From: an uncultured Verrucomicrobiota bacterium
Lineage (GTDB): Bacteria > Verrucomicrobiota > Verrucomicrobiia > Limisphaerales > SIBE01
Assembly (NCBI GenBank): GCA_964578605.1
Contig: CAZODO010000019.1
Coordinates: 1,908-65,907 of the forward strand
Direction of reading: 5' to 3'
DNA length: 64,000 bases
In this document: positions 1-8,336 of the stretch, in pieces
Numbering within the stretch: position 1 is the first letter of the stretch
How the letters are laid out: every line of letters begins with the position of its first letter
Notes under the pieces: model-generated
Told to the model about the DNA's origin: nothing
The model's database searches: none
Seen by the model: the letters and a program-made list of their open reading frames with translations, nothing else
Translations under genes and position numbers: made by a program

Positions 1-171
1 AATGGTAACCGCCTCTGGCAGCGTGACGGTCCCATCAAACGCCAACCTCACAATCCCACCGGCTTCGATGGCACTGCGCAGTTCGGCCAGGTCGGGGCTG
101 GTCACCATCACCGCCCCCAAGCAACCGAGTGCAGTTTTGAGGAGGATGCCCGCGACTAGCGCGGCGCGCAC
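1..171 (-). CDS. Partial CDS (5' end only, runs off the left window edge): putative secreted adhesin/beta-helix-type protein N-terminus
   Basis: Absent from the ORF track because the frame stays open to position 1. Hand translation of the minus strand gives ..KSVRAALVAGILLKTALGCLGAVMVTSPDLAELRSAIEAGGIVRLAFDGTVTLPEAVTI.. This is a signal-peptide-like stretch followed by a motif typical of N-termini of large secreted repeat proteins. GTG at 171 (preceded by GGAAAGAG) is the favoured start. In-frame ATGs at 375, 390, 414 and 423 are alternatives. Confidence 0.3.
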   Translation of the reverse strand, partial: MRAALVAGILLKTALGCLGAVMVTSPDLAELRSAIEAGGIVRLAFDGTVTLPEAVTI

Positions 172-580
172 GCTCTTTCCGGCGACGGCGCCACGCCTGC
201 CAACGAATGCAAAGCGGCAGCCAATGGCCGGCCGGGAAAAGTCTCGTCGCTGCCCAGAGCGAGGCGAGCGCGTGAGGAACCGGCCCTTCTCTCCGAACGC
301 GGCGCCTTCCGCAACCCAGCCGGTCGATTGGGAAAGCGGTGATAAAACCAGTGCGGCGAATCCAGGGACGCTCATACCTGAAACAACCATAGCATCGCTG
401 ATGCCAAAGACCATACGGCACATTGTCTGCCGAAGCCAATTCCTTGTTGGCTTCTCAAGGAGAGCCGGCAACACCCGAGTCACGCCCGTGGCCTCGGCAA
501 AGCTGCCGCAAAGTGAGCGGTTTGCGCAAACGTTCTCCGGCAAACGAACACCCTCTGCGACGTAACCGTGATGCCCCCCT

Positions 581-680
581 TTTTAACACGGTTTTAACTC
601 GGTTATGCCACGTATTTAACACGTTTGGGAGACGAGTTATATACGTGTTAAATACCTGTTAAATACCTGTTATATCCGGG
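581..680. repeat. AT-rich ~100-bp intergenic element, copy 1 (inverted relative to the copy at 28389-28500)
   Basis: The reverse complement reads CCGGATATAACAGGTATTTAACAGGTATTTAACACGTATATAACTCGTC..ACGTGTTAAATACGTGGCATAACCGAGTTAAAACCGTGTTAAAA. This aligns along its length with 28389-28500. It is built of 11-bp units (AGGTATTTAAC / GTTAAATACCT) and stands out as an AT island in a GC-rich genome. Confidence 0.8.
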
Positions 681-774
681 AGGACCTGCACCTGGGTCCT
701 GCCGCTCAAGCAGAGCAGGGGAGGGGCGAATCGAGGAGCCTCACCCGGCAGCGTCAATCGGGGGGGCACGCGCT

Positions 775-1803
775 CTACCCTTCGGAGCGTGCCTTTTCCA
801 GCTTTTTGCGGAGGAAGGCCACGCAATCGGGCACTTGCGCCTCGCTCAAGCCGTGCAGGAGGAGCGGGCCCGCAAAACCAGAGGCATGGAGCAGAGCCAA
901 ATAGCGATCGTAATCGAGCTTGCCATGGCCGGCCGCCAGGTGGCCGGCATCCCCATCGTGATCGAGGTCTTTCGCGTGCGCCAAAACGATATCCTTGCCC
1001 AGCAACTCAAACGCCTCGTCCAGGATCTCCCGCATGCGGGGCAGTTCGCCCGAGTGGAAGATGTTGGCCGGATCGATCGTGACTTTCAGGTGCGGGGAAG
1101 CGATCTCGTCCAGCAGTCGGCGTGCTTTGCGAGGTGAATCGACCACGCTATTGACTTCCGGTTCAAAGGCGAGAACCACGTTGGCTTGCCGCGCGATGTC
1201 GGTCGCTTCACGGAGGCACGCGGTCATGTCCTGCCAAGCGTCCGGAGAGGCGTTGTCCGGGTGACGGCGCCACATGCTGTTGCGGTCACGCGTTCCGGTG
1301 CAAAGATGGATGTTCGCGGTGCCCATCGCTCCGCACGCCTCCGCCAGGACACGCAAGCGTTGCAACCCCTGCCGGCGGTGCTCGGGATCGGGGTGGGCCA
1401 TATTGAACGTGCCATCGACGGCGGCGACGCGAAGTCCGCGTGCAGCCGCCTCACGCCGGACCCGGTTTGCCAGGTCAGGAGGAATTTCGTCGGGCATCGT
1501 AGGCAATCCGACGCAATCGAAACTCATCTGCACACCTTCCAGTCCGCAGGTTTTCGCGCGATCGAGCCGTTGTTCGAGGGTGCCGGTCCGAAAGGTCCCC
1601 AACAGGGCGCCGATCTGGATGGAAGAGGCAGGTTTCATGGGAGGTTCGCCGGCGGACGCATTGCCGGCTGGGAGGATGGGGCGCAATGTCTCGGCTGCGA
1701 AAGCGCTTCGTGCCGGGCTTGCCACCGCGGCGAGGGCGAACGCGGATGCCAGGAATTGGCGTCGAGAGCGGAGCGGATTCGGGGCCGGGAGGAGTTTGCG
1801 CAT
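775..1803 (-). CDS. Sugar phosphate isomerase/epimerase (xylose isomerase-like TIM barrel) with Tat-type signal peptide
   Basis: 342-aa ORF. The N-terminus SRRQFLASAFALAAVASPARSAFA is a twin-arginine signal. The body resembles the AP-endonuclease-2/xylose-isomerase-like fold family (..AFEPEVNSVVDS..HAKDLD..). Confidence 0.75.
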   Translation of the reverse strand: MRKLLPAPNPLRSRRQFLASAFALAAVASPARSAFAAETLRPILPAGNASAGEPPMKPASSIQIGALLGTFRTGTLEQRLDRAKTCGLEGVQMSFDCVGLPTMPDEIPPDLANRVRREAAARGLRVAAVDGTFNMAHPDPEHRRQGLQRLRVLAEACGAMGTANIHLCTGTRDRNSMWRRHPDNASPDAWQDMTACLREATDIARQANVVLAFEPEVNSVVDSPRKARRLLDEIASPHLKVTIDPANIFHSGELPRMREILDEAFELLGKDIVLAHAKDLDHDGDAGHLAAGHGKLDYDRYLALLHASGFAGPLLLHGLSEAQVPDCVAFLRKKLEKARSEG

Positions 1804-1854
1804 ACGGTGTGGCTTGAGGCTATTCCAGCAGGGGGCAAACGCAAGCGATTCCCA

Positions 1855-2301
1855 TCACTCCGGGTCGTTCGGCAGAATGAGATCGCCAATGGCAAAGACC
1901 CAGAACTGGTCACCCGCGCCGCAACCGCCGGAGGGAAGGACGACGATGGCGGGTTGATCGGCCGGATCGGTGCTGGCGAACGGATGAAACTCGACGCAGT
2001 CGAGCTTCATCCATTCCTCGGCGGTGGCGCTGAGGTGGAGTTCGCGGATGAAGGCCTTCTTATCGAGCTTCCGGTGATTGGGGTTCGCGATGCGGTAGCG
2101 GGTGTATTGGGTCATCACTTCGCTCAGTCTCATCTCGATCCCGCCCGGGCCGCCCAGGTGTTCGCCCAGCCCACGCGCCTTGCGCAAGGCCTTGCCCAGC
2201 GTGGGAAGCATCAGGCCCACCAGGATCAGGATGATCGTCATGACACAAAGGAGTTCGATCAAGGTGAACCCTCTCCCGGGCCGACGATGTCCCTGTCTCA
2301 T
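1855..2301 (-). CDS. Prepilin-type N-terminal cleavage/methylation domain protein (pseudopilin-like)
   Basis: MRQGHRRPGRG|FTLIELLCVMTIILILVGLMLP is the classic G-FTLIEL prepilin peptidase motif plus a hydrophobic helix. The start is taken at M12 of the track ORF (2301); ATG 2334 is an alternative. Confidence 0.7.
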   Translation of the reverse strand: MRQGHRRPGRGFTLIELLCVMTIILILVGLMLPTLGKALRKARGLGEHLGGPGGIEMRLSEVMTQYTRYRIANPNHRKLDKKAFIRELHLSATAEEWMKLDCVEFHPFASTDPADQPAIVVLPSGGCGAGDQFWVFAIGDLILPNDPE

Positions 2302-2434
2302 GGAGATTGGAGCAGGCCACGGGGAAATCCTCACGGGGGCGGGCGCCTCGCGTGGCCCCGTCCGGGCGGTGGGATTCCAGCTTTACCCACAGGGGCGAGC
2401 GTGTATGTTCTGCGAACTTGTCTGACTTGAGCTT

Positions 2435-3571
2435 ATGAGACGTTTGATCCCTTTCGGCAGGCGGTTGCTCGCGGGCAGCCTGGTTGCAGGCTGGGTGATA
2501 GCCCTGCAGGCGGCCGACCCCGTTCCGGCGCCCGCAAGCTCCAGCCAACCGGCCGCCGCGACCGCCGCATCGGCCGGCGACGCCGAAAAGGCATGGGCCG
2601 AGGTCTTGCGGAACGGCACCTTCCCGCAACCGCCAAAGACTTGGGAGACCGTGCCGCCGCCCGAGGCCGAGGTGGAAAAATTTCGCGCGACGGAATCGGC
2701 GCGGCTTGCCAGGGCTGCCGCACAAGCGGCGGAGTTTTACACGCGCTTTGCCCAAGACCCGCGGGTTGAAGAAGCGAAGGCGAAGGAGTACGAATTGCTC
2801 AGCGTCGCGGCGCAATTGGGCAACACCAATGTGCTGGAGCGTTTGGAATCGCTGGAGGCGGTCAAACTGAATGATCGTTCCCTGCCTGAGGAGGACCGTT
2901 TTCATATCGCGGCCACTGCGGCAAACCGCCGCGCGCTGGCCAAGATGCCGCAGGGCCGAGCCGCGGCGCTGGCGGAACTCGAGAAAGGCGCGCGCTCATT
3001 GCTTGCCCAATTCCCGAACCGGACCGAGACCTACGAGATGCTGCAGATGGTGGCGTTGGAATCCGAGCCTGAAAAGGCGGTTCAACTGGCCAAGGAAATC
3101 AGCGCGAGCAACGCGCCGGCCGGGGTGAAAGAGGCGGTCAAGCCGCTGCGGATGGTTGGGCAACCGCTGGGGCTCCAGTTCAAGGCGGTGGATGGACGGG
3201 AAGTTGACCTGGCGAAGATGCGGGGCAAAGTGGTGTTGGTGGATTTCTGGGCGACCTGGTGCGGCCCTTGTGTGGAGGAATTGCCCAATGTGTTGAGCGC
3301 CTACGAAAAGCTGAATCCCAAAGGATTCGAGATCGTCGGCATCAGCTTCGACAAAGACAAGGACAGGCTTCTCACGTTTGTGAAGGATCACAAGATGACC
3401 TGGCTCCAGTATTTTGACGGGAAAGTCTGGGAGAACGAGTTCGGAAAACAATTCGGGATCCAGGGGATTCCTGCCATGTGGCTCGTCGACAAGAAAGGCA
3501 TCCTTCGCGATATTAACGCTCGGAATAAGCTCGCCGAGCGCGTGGAGAGGCTCCTGGCTGAGAATCCGTAG
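2435..3571 (+). CDS. TlpA/ResA-like periplasmic thiol:disulfide oxidoreductase (thioredoxin fold) with long helical N-terminal domain
   Basis: 378 aa with signal peptide MRRLIPFGRRLLAGSLVAGWVIALQA. The C-terminal region VVLVDFWATWCGPCVEELPNV carries a WCGPC active site and an AhpC/TSA-Redoxin-type fold. Confidence 0.8.
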   Translation: MRRLIPFGRRLLAGSLVAGWVIALQAADPVPAPASSSQPAAATAASAGDAEKAWAEVLRNGTFPQPPKTWETVPPPEAEVEKFRATESARLARAAAQAAEFYTRFAQDPRVEEAKAKEYELLSVAAQLGNTNVLERLESLEAVKLNDRSLPEEDRFHIAATAANRRALAKMPQGRAAALAELEKGARSLLAQFPNRTETYEMLQMVALESEPEKAVQLAKEISASNAPAGVKEAVKPLRMVGQPLGLQFKAVDGREVDLAKMRGKVVLVDFWATWCGPCVEELPNVLSAYEKLNPKGFEIVGISFDKDKDRLLTFVKDHKMTWLQYFDGKVWENEFGKQFGIQGIPAMWLVDKKGILRDINARNKLAERVERLLAENP

Positions 3572-3585
3572 CCCAACGCGTTGCC

Positions 3586-4068
3586 ATGAGGATACCCGTC
3601 GGCATTATCACCATTTCCGACCGGGCATCTCGAGGCCAGTATGAGGATCTCGGGGGTCCGGCGCTGAGGGCGGCGGTCGCCAAGCTTGGCTGGTCCGTCC
3701 TGGCCGACAGGCTCGTCCCGGACGACAAGCACGCGATTCAACGCGGGATCATTGAGCAGATCGACCAAGGCTGCCAACTCATCCTGACCACCGGCGGAAC
3801 GGGCATCGCCCCGCGCGACGTCACTCCCGAAGCGGTCCGCGAGATTGCCGCCCGGGAATTGCCCGGGTTTGGGGAGGTGATGCGGATGGAATCGCTCAAG
3901 ATTACGCCCAACGCCATCCTGTCGAGGAGCCTGGCGGTTGTGGTTCGCCAAACGCTGGTCCTCTGCCTGCCGGGCAAGCCGGCCGGAGCCGTGGAATGCC
4001 TGGGCTTTGTGGCGGGCGCCGTGCCGCACGCGATCGAGGTTCTCCGGCAATTGCCCGCGAGTTGCTGA
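3586..4068 (+). CDS. mog: Molybdopterin adenylyltransferase MogA/MoaB family
   Basis: 160 aa. IGIITISDRASRGQYEDLGGPAL..ILTTGGTGIAPRDVTPEA matches MoCF_biosynth-domain motifs. Confidence 0.85.
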   Translation: MRIPVGIITISDRASRGQYEDLGGPALRAAVAKLGWSVLADRLVPDDKHAIQRGIIEQIDQGCQLILTTGGTGIAPRDVTPEAVREIAARELPGFGEVMRMESLKITPNAILSRSLAVVVRQTLVLCLPGKPAGAVECLGFVAGAVPHAIEVLRQLPASC

Positions 4069-4076
4069 GAGGCTTT

Positions 4077-5273
4077 ATGGACTTGGAATCCCTGGTGGCG
4101 ATGGCCAAGAGCAACGGGGCGAGCGATCTGCATCTCGAACCTGGGCTTCCGCCGGCTTTGCGAGTCCGGGGCACCCTGCGCACCGCGGGAGAACCGTTGG
4201 GTGCGCCCGTGCTGCTCGAATTGGCGAGGGACCTGATCGGTCCGGATCGCTGGCCCCTTTTTCTCGAGCGACGGTCCTTCGATTGTTCCCGGACGATCCG
4301 GGGTGTGCGCTGCCGGATCAATGTGCTTCAATCGTCACGCGGGGTTGGTTTTGCGATCCGCTTGCTGGCGTCGTTTCAAGCCACGCTTGAGACCCTTAAT
4401 TTGCACCCCGACTTGCGCCGGATGGTCGCGAACACGCACGGGCTGATCCTGGTGAGCGGACCGACCGGCTGCGGGAAATCCTCCACGCTGGCCGCCATGA
4501 TCCAGGAGATCAACCTGGCCGATGCGCGCCACATCGTGACCATCGAAAGCCCCATCGAATATACTTTCCGGCCCAGCCGGGCGTATATCCGGCAGCGCGA
4601 AGTGGGCCGGGACACGCCGAGTTTTGAGCAAGCGCTGCTGGATGCGTTGCGAGAAGACCCCGACGTTCTCATGGTCGGCGAAATGCGCGATCCGGAAACC
4701 ATGCGCCTGACGCTGAACGCATCCGAGACCGGCCACCTGGTCCTGGCAACGGTCCATTCGGCAACGTGCGCCGAGGCTCTTCAGCGGATCGTCAGCGCGT
4801 TCCCGGCGGAAATCCAAGGCAATGTCGCCGCTCAGCTCGCGGACTGCATCGTGGGAGTGATCGCCCAGCGCCTTCGCTTTCGGTCCGATCTCAGTATCCG
4901 AGTGCCCGAGTGCGAGATTCTGACCCCAACGCACCCGATCAAGGCGTTCATTCGCAATCGCGAGTTCTTCCGGATCGTTTCGGTGCTCGAAACGGGCGCC
5001 GAGCACGGCATGTGGACCTTCGACCGATACCGCACGTGGCTGGATCGCAAAGCCGATTTCTACATTCCGGGACGCGACGCCGAAGCTGCGGAAGGCGACG
5101 CGCCCGGGCCAGCTTCACCGGACCCGGGGTTGCCCTCCCTGCCGCCTGTTGCCAAGCCGGCGCCGGCGAAAGCGCCTCTGACGGCCGTGCCTCAACCCCC
5201 TTCCGGCGGCAAACCCGGCAGGATTGAGATTGAGCCCGAGGAAAGCCCGTTCGGGAAGATATTGAAGCGTTAA
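4077..5273 (+). CDS. pilT: PilT-family type IV pilus retraction ATPase with ~75-aa Pro/Ala-rich C-terminal extension
   Basis: Walker A GPTGCGKSST, Walker B DVLMVGEMRD and His box GHLVLATVHS are present. The start is set at ATG 4077 (MDLESLVAMAKSNGASDLHLEPG), because the track start 3996 overlaps mogA. Confidence 0.85.
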   Translation: MDLESLVAMAKSNGASDLHLEPGLPPALRVRGTLRTAGEPLGAPVLLELARDLIGPDRWPLFLERRSFDCSRTIRGVRCRINVLQSSRGVGFAIRLLASFQATLETLNLHPDLRRMVANTHGLILVSGPTGCGKSSTLAAMIQEINLADARHIVTIESPIEYTFRPSRAYIRQREVGRDTPSFEQALLDALREDPDVLMVGEMRDPETMRLTLNASETGHLVLATVHSATCAEALQRIVSAFPAEIQGNVAAQLADCIVGVIAQRLRFRSDLSIRVPECEILTPTHPIKAFIRNREFFRIVSVLETGAEHGMWTFDRYRTWLDRKADFYIPGRDAEAAEGDAPGPASPDPGLPSLPPVAKPAPAKAPLTAVPQPPSGGKPGRIEIEPEESPFGKILKR

Positions 5274-5700
5274 CACCATGCTCCACAGGCGGTCTTTGCC
5301 GGGTAAAACTTCCTCTCCGGAACAGCGACCCTTGGCCACCAATACGTCTAGCGCGGCGGCACTCTCCAAGGCCGAACCCCGGGCGATATCAAAAAACCGG
5401 CATCGGTCCGCGCCGGTGAGCTGATCGTTCCCCTCCGCGATATTCTGTGGGATGGAGGGGCTGGAATGTCAGAGAGAAAAACCTGAGATGCGCCCGGCGC
5501 CGATCGGGGGCGAACCTGCCGATTGACAAAGCCCGGGGGGGACTTACCATAGCGTTGGATTTGATTCGGGTGGCGGTACGTTTCTTCAGCGGGGTTCCCC
5601 ACCCCCACCTCCTTGGCGTCTGCTGCCCGAATCCTTTCAAGCCGGATTCCCGATCACAGCCGCCCGAGGCGCCAATGCAGCTTTCGAATCCGAGCCGGAC

Positions 5701-5952
5701 TTATCGGCTGCTCTTGGATTTGCTCACCGAACTGCCGCTTCCGCGCTTCCCTCCGGCAGTCAACACGGTCCCGGTCAGAACCCCGACAGCAAAGAAGCCG
5801 AAGTACATAATGGCCGCGGGCTGCGACACAGGCTTTCGGACAAGCGGCGGAAGCTGGAACGGAACGGATGACCTGTTATGCATCCCCATGACGACGAGCA
5901 AGAGGAGCACCAGCATCAGGAAAAGGGTTTTCAGGAGAAGCTTAGCATTCAT
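5701..5952 (-). CDS. Small two-TM membrane protein, LapA-domain (DUF1049)-like
   Basis: 83 aa with two hydrophobic helices (LLLKTLFLMLVLLLLVVMG and AAIMYFGFFAVGVLTGTVL) and a basic Ser/Lys tail. The family assignment is from general pattern only. Confidence 0.45.
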   Translation of the reverse strand: MNAKLLLKTLFLMLVLLLLVVMGMHNRSSVPFQLPPLVRKPVSQPAAIMYFGFFAVGVLTGTVLTAGGKRGSGSSVSKSKSSR

Positions 5953-6027
5953 AACGCCGATATTGCCTGCGGACCATATGAAATGGCCTTGCGAGCGTCA
6001 ATGGCCTTATGGCTAAATGAACCTTCC

Positions 6028-6579
6028 ATGGGCATTGTGACCAAAACAGGCGACACCGGAATGACCGCCCTCATGTTCAACCGCCGCGTGCCAAAGACGC
6101 ATCCGCGTGTGGAAGCGTATGGGACCGTGGATGAACTGAACTGTGCGATCGGGTTGGCGCGCGCCACCGCGGACGACACCGGCGTGCAGGAGCGGCTCCG
6201 ATGGGTGCAGCAGGATCTGGTGGCTCTCATGGGCGAACTGGCCACCGCCCGCGAAGACCATCACCGGTTCGTCAATGCCGGACTCGCCCGGCTCACGCCC
6301 GAGATGACCAGCAAACTCGACCGCTGGATCGAGGAACTCGAATCGAAATCCGTCCGCTTTCACGGATGGGCAACCCCAGGGGCCACGCTGCATTCCGCCG
6401 CTCTGGAGGTGGCTCGGACTGTGTGCCGGCGCGCTGAACGCCGCGTTTGCACCCTGCAGGAGAGCGCCGAAGTCCAGAATGCGGAAATCGCCGTCTTTCT
6501 AAATCGCCTGTCGGATCTGCTTTGGCTCTTGGCGCGTTCGGCCGAGCCGCCACCCCCATCCCAAACCCAGCTCACGTAG
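6028..6579 (+). CDS. ATP:cob(I)alamin adenosyltransferase, PduO type
   Basis: MGIVTKTGDTGMTALMFNRRVPKTHPRVEAYGTVDELNCAIGLAR is the typical PduO/MMAB N-terminus. The start is set at ATG 6028 rather than the track start 5878. Confidence 0.85.
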   Translation: MGIVTKTGDTGMTALMFNRRVPKTHPRVEAYGTVDELNCAIGLARATADDTGVQERLRWVQQDLVALMGELATAREDHHRFVNAGLARLTPEMTSKLDRWIEELESKSVRFHGWATPGATLHSAALEVARTVCRRAERRVCTLQESAEVQNAEIAVFLNRLSDLLWLLARSAEPPPPSQTQLT

Positions 6580-6595
6580 ACGGGGCCAAAGCCGC

Positions 6596-7663
6596 TCAGA
6601 CGATCAGCATCGCATCCCCATAGCTGAAGAACCGGTATTCCCGGCGAACCGCTTCCTCATACGCCGCCCGGACCAGGTTCGTTCCACGCGTTTGGCCAGG
6701 CGCCGCAAATGCGCTCACGAGCATGAGCAAAGTGGAGCGGGGGAGATGGAAGTTTGTCAGCAGCGCTCCGACGACTTGGAACGTGAACGGCGGATAGATG
6801 AAAATGCGGGTGCGCCCTTCCGTGGGGACCAAGCGACCCTTGTGGAGAGCCGCAACGCTTTCAAGCACGCGGACACTCGTCGTCCCCACGGCCACAATCC
6901 GGCGGCCTTGGCTGCGCGCCGCATCGATCCGAGCGGCTGTTTGGGCACTCAGTTCAAAGCGCTCCTCGTGCATCGTGTGTTGGGTGAGATTCGCCACTTT
7001 CACGGGCGCGAAGGTCCCTAAACCCACGTGCAGCGTGAGTTCTTCGATTTGAATTCCTTGCCCGCGCAGTTCCGCGAGCATTTCCTCCGTGAAATGCAGT
7101 CCCGCGGTGGGAGCCGCAACAGAACCTGTTCGGCTCGCAAATACGGTTTGATATCGGTTTCGGTCCTCCGGTTCCGGCGGACGCACGATGTAGGGCGGGA
7201 GCGGGACCTCGGCGAGTTCGTCAAGGAGCGTTGCGATATCGCTGGTGCCCTTGAACTGCAAGCAGCAGTGACCTTCGGCATTCTTTTCTGTGACCACACC
7301 CGCGACCGTCTGCGCGTCGTCGCGGGCCTTGAACACGAGCCGGCTTCCCGGACGCACGCGCTTGCCCGGACGCAAGAGAGTCCACCATAGATTGGTCGAG
7401 ACCTCCTCCAGAAGCAGAATTTCTACCTGGCCCCCGCTTCCGGCTTTCTGTCCCCGCAGTCGCGCGGGGAAAACCCTGGTATTGTTGAGCACGAGCACAT
7501 CGCCAGGGCGGAGGAATCGGCTGATATCGCGGATGTTGGCGCAAGGGATGATTTCGCCGGATGCCCTGTCGAGCACCAGCAGCCGGGATTGATCGCGGGC
7601 AGGGGCAGGACGCTGAGCGATGAGACGTTCCGGGAGGTGGAAATCAAAGTCAGCGGATCGCAT
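6596..7663 (-). CDS. queA: S-adenosylmethionine:tRNA ribosyltransferase-isomerase
   Basis: 355 aa. MRSADFDFHLPERLIAQRPAPARDQSRLLVL, ..FTEEMLAEL.. and ..TNFHLPRSTLLMLVSAF are QueA hallmarks. Confidence 0.9.
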   Translation of the reverse strand: MRSADFDFHLPERLIAQRPAPARDQSRLLVLDRASGEIIPCANIRDISRFLRPGDVLVLNNTRVFPARLRGQKAGSGGQVEILLLEEVSTNLWWTLLRPGKRVRPGSRLVFKARDDAQTVAGVVTEKNAEGHCCLQFKGTSDIATLLDELAEVPLPPYIVRPPEPEDRNRYQTVFASRTGSVAAPTAGLHFTEEMLAELRGQGIQIEELTLHVGLGTFAPVKVANLTQHTMHEERFELSAQTAARIDAARSQGRRIVAVGTTSVRVLESVAALHKGRLVPTEGRTRIFIYPPFTFQVVGALLTNFHLPRSTLLMLVSAFAAPGQTRGTNLVRAAYEEAVRREYRFFSYGDAMLIV

Positions 7664-7777
7664 TTTGTCAAAGAATGCTCGACAGAAAGGGAAAAAACAG
7701 GAAAGAAAGCGGTCGACGTGCGAACAGGTTGTGAATAAGAGGTGATTACAAAGCGAACAACTACTGTCGCTATTTAG

Positions 7778-7832
7778 TTGACGTTGGTGGGGGAAAATGG
7801 GTAGAAATGGGGCGTTATGGGATAACAGGGGG
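7778..7832 (+). promoter_or_regulatory. Putative Pmra promoter overlapped by a 10-bp-phased TGGGN repeat array (candidate MraZ operator)
   Basis: TTGACG lies at 7778-7783 and TAGAAA at 7802-7807 (18-nt spacer). TGGG starts at 7788, 7798, 7808 and 7818, with GGGG at 7828, giving exact 10-bp phasing. The array ends 28 bp upstream of the mraZ ATG (7860). Confidence 0.6.
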
Positions 7833-7859
7833 CGAAATGCCCTTGGTAGTGGGTTGAAA

Positions 7860-8330
7860 ATGTCAGCGAGCGCGTCCAGCGGTGCATTTATCTATTATAC
7901 CTCGCTCTATCGTCATGGCGTTGACGAGAAGCGCCGCGTGCAGATTCCGGCGAAGTGGCGACCGGCCGACGCTTCGGTTGAGTTCACCCTCATTCTCTGG
8001 CCGAAAGGCACCATGCTTGAAGCGTGTTTGCTGGTGCTTCCGCCAGCCGAATGGGACGCACTTGTTCAGAAACTCAAAGCGTTGCCGTTTGCCGACCCTA
8101 AGGCACAGGAACTCCGCCGAATTATCGGACGGAACTCCGATCGCGTTACGGTCGATAAATCCGGCCGCATCTGCCTGCCCGAGGAAATGGCGAAAGCCGC
8201 CGCCATTGAGGACCGGGCGGTCTTGTTGGGCATGGTGGACCGGTTCGAGATCTGGAACCCGGAACGATACCAGGAAATTAGCGCTGCGGATACCGATGAA
8301 CGGCAGCTCGACGTCTTTCGCCAAATCTGA
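7860..8330 (+). CDS. mraZ: Transcriptional regulator MraZ
   Basis: YRHGVDEKRRVQIPAKWR and DKSGRICLPEEM are the two SpoVT/AbrB-like MraZ repeats. The start is set at ATG 7860 because the track start 7797 falls inside the operator repeats. Confidence 0.85.
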   Translation: MSASASSGAFIYYTSLYRHGVDEKRRVQIPAKWRPADASVEFTLILWPKGTMLEACLLVLPPAEWDALVQKLKALPFADPKAQELRRIIGRNSDRVTVDKSGRICLPEEMAKAAAIEDRAVLLGMVDRFEIWNPERYQEISAADTDERQLDVFRQI

Positions 8331-8336
8331 GCCAAT

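Noticed and set aside
2-565. 187-aa plus-strand ORF and the 134-aa minus-strand ORF (35-439) at the left edge
   Set aside because: Both translate to Arg/Ser/Pro/Ala-rich strings with no protein-like pattern. A different minus-strand frame, open to the window edge and so missing from the track, gives a convincing signal peptide plus secreted-protein N-terminus.
3996-4076. N-terminal 27 codons of the track's pilT ORF
   Set aside because: They overlap the 3' end of mogA in another frame and encode Arg/Gly-rich junk. The conserved PilT N-terminus begins at ATG 4077.
5683-5691. TTCGAATCC, a tRNA T-loop-like motif suggesting a tRNA or tmRNA in the long spacer
   Set aside because: The flanking bases (GCAGC and GAGCC) cannot form a T-stem. 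No acceptor/anticodon arrangement or CCA-type end could be built around the motif on either strand.
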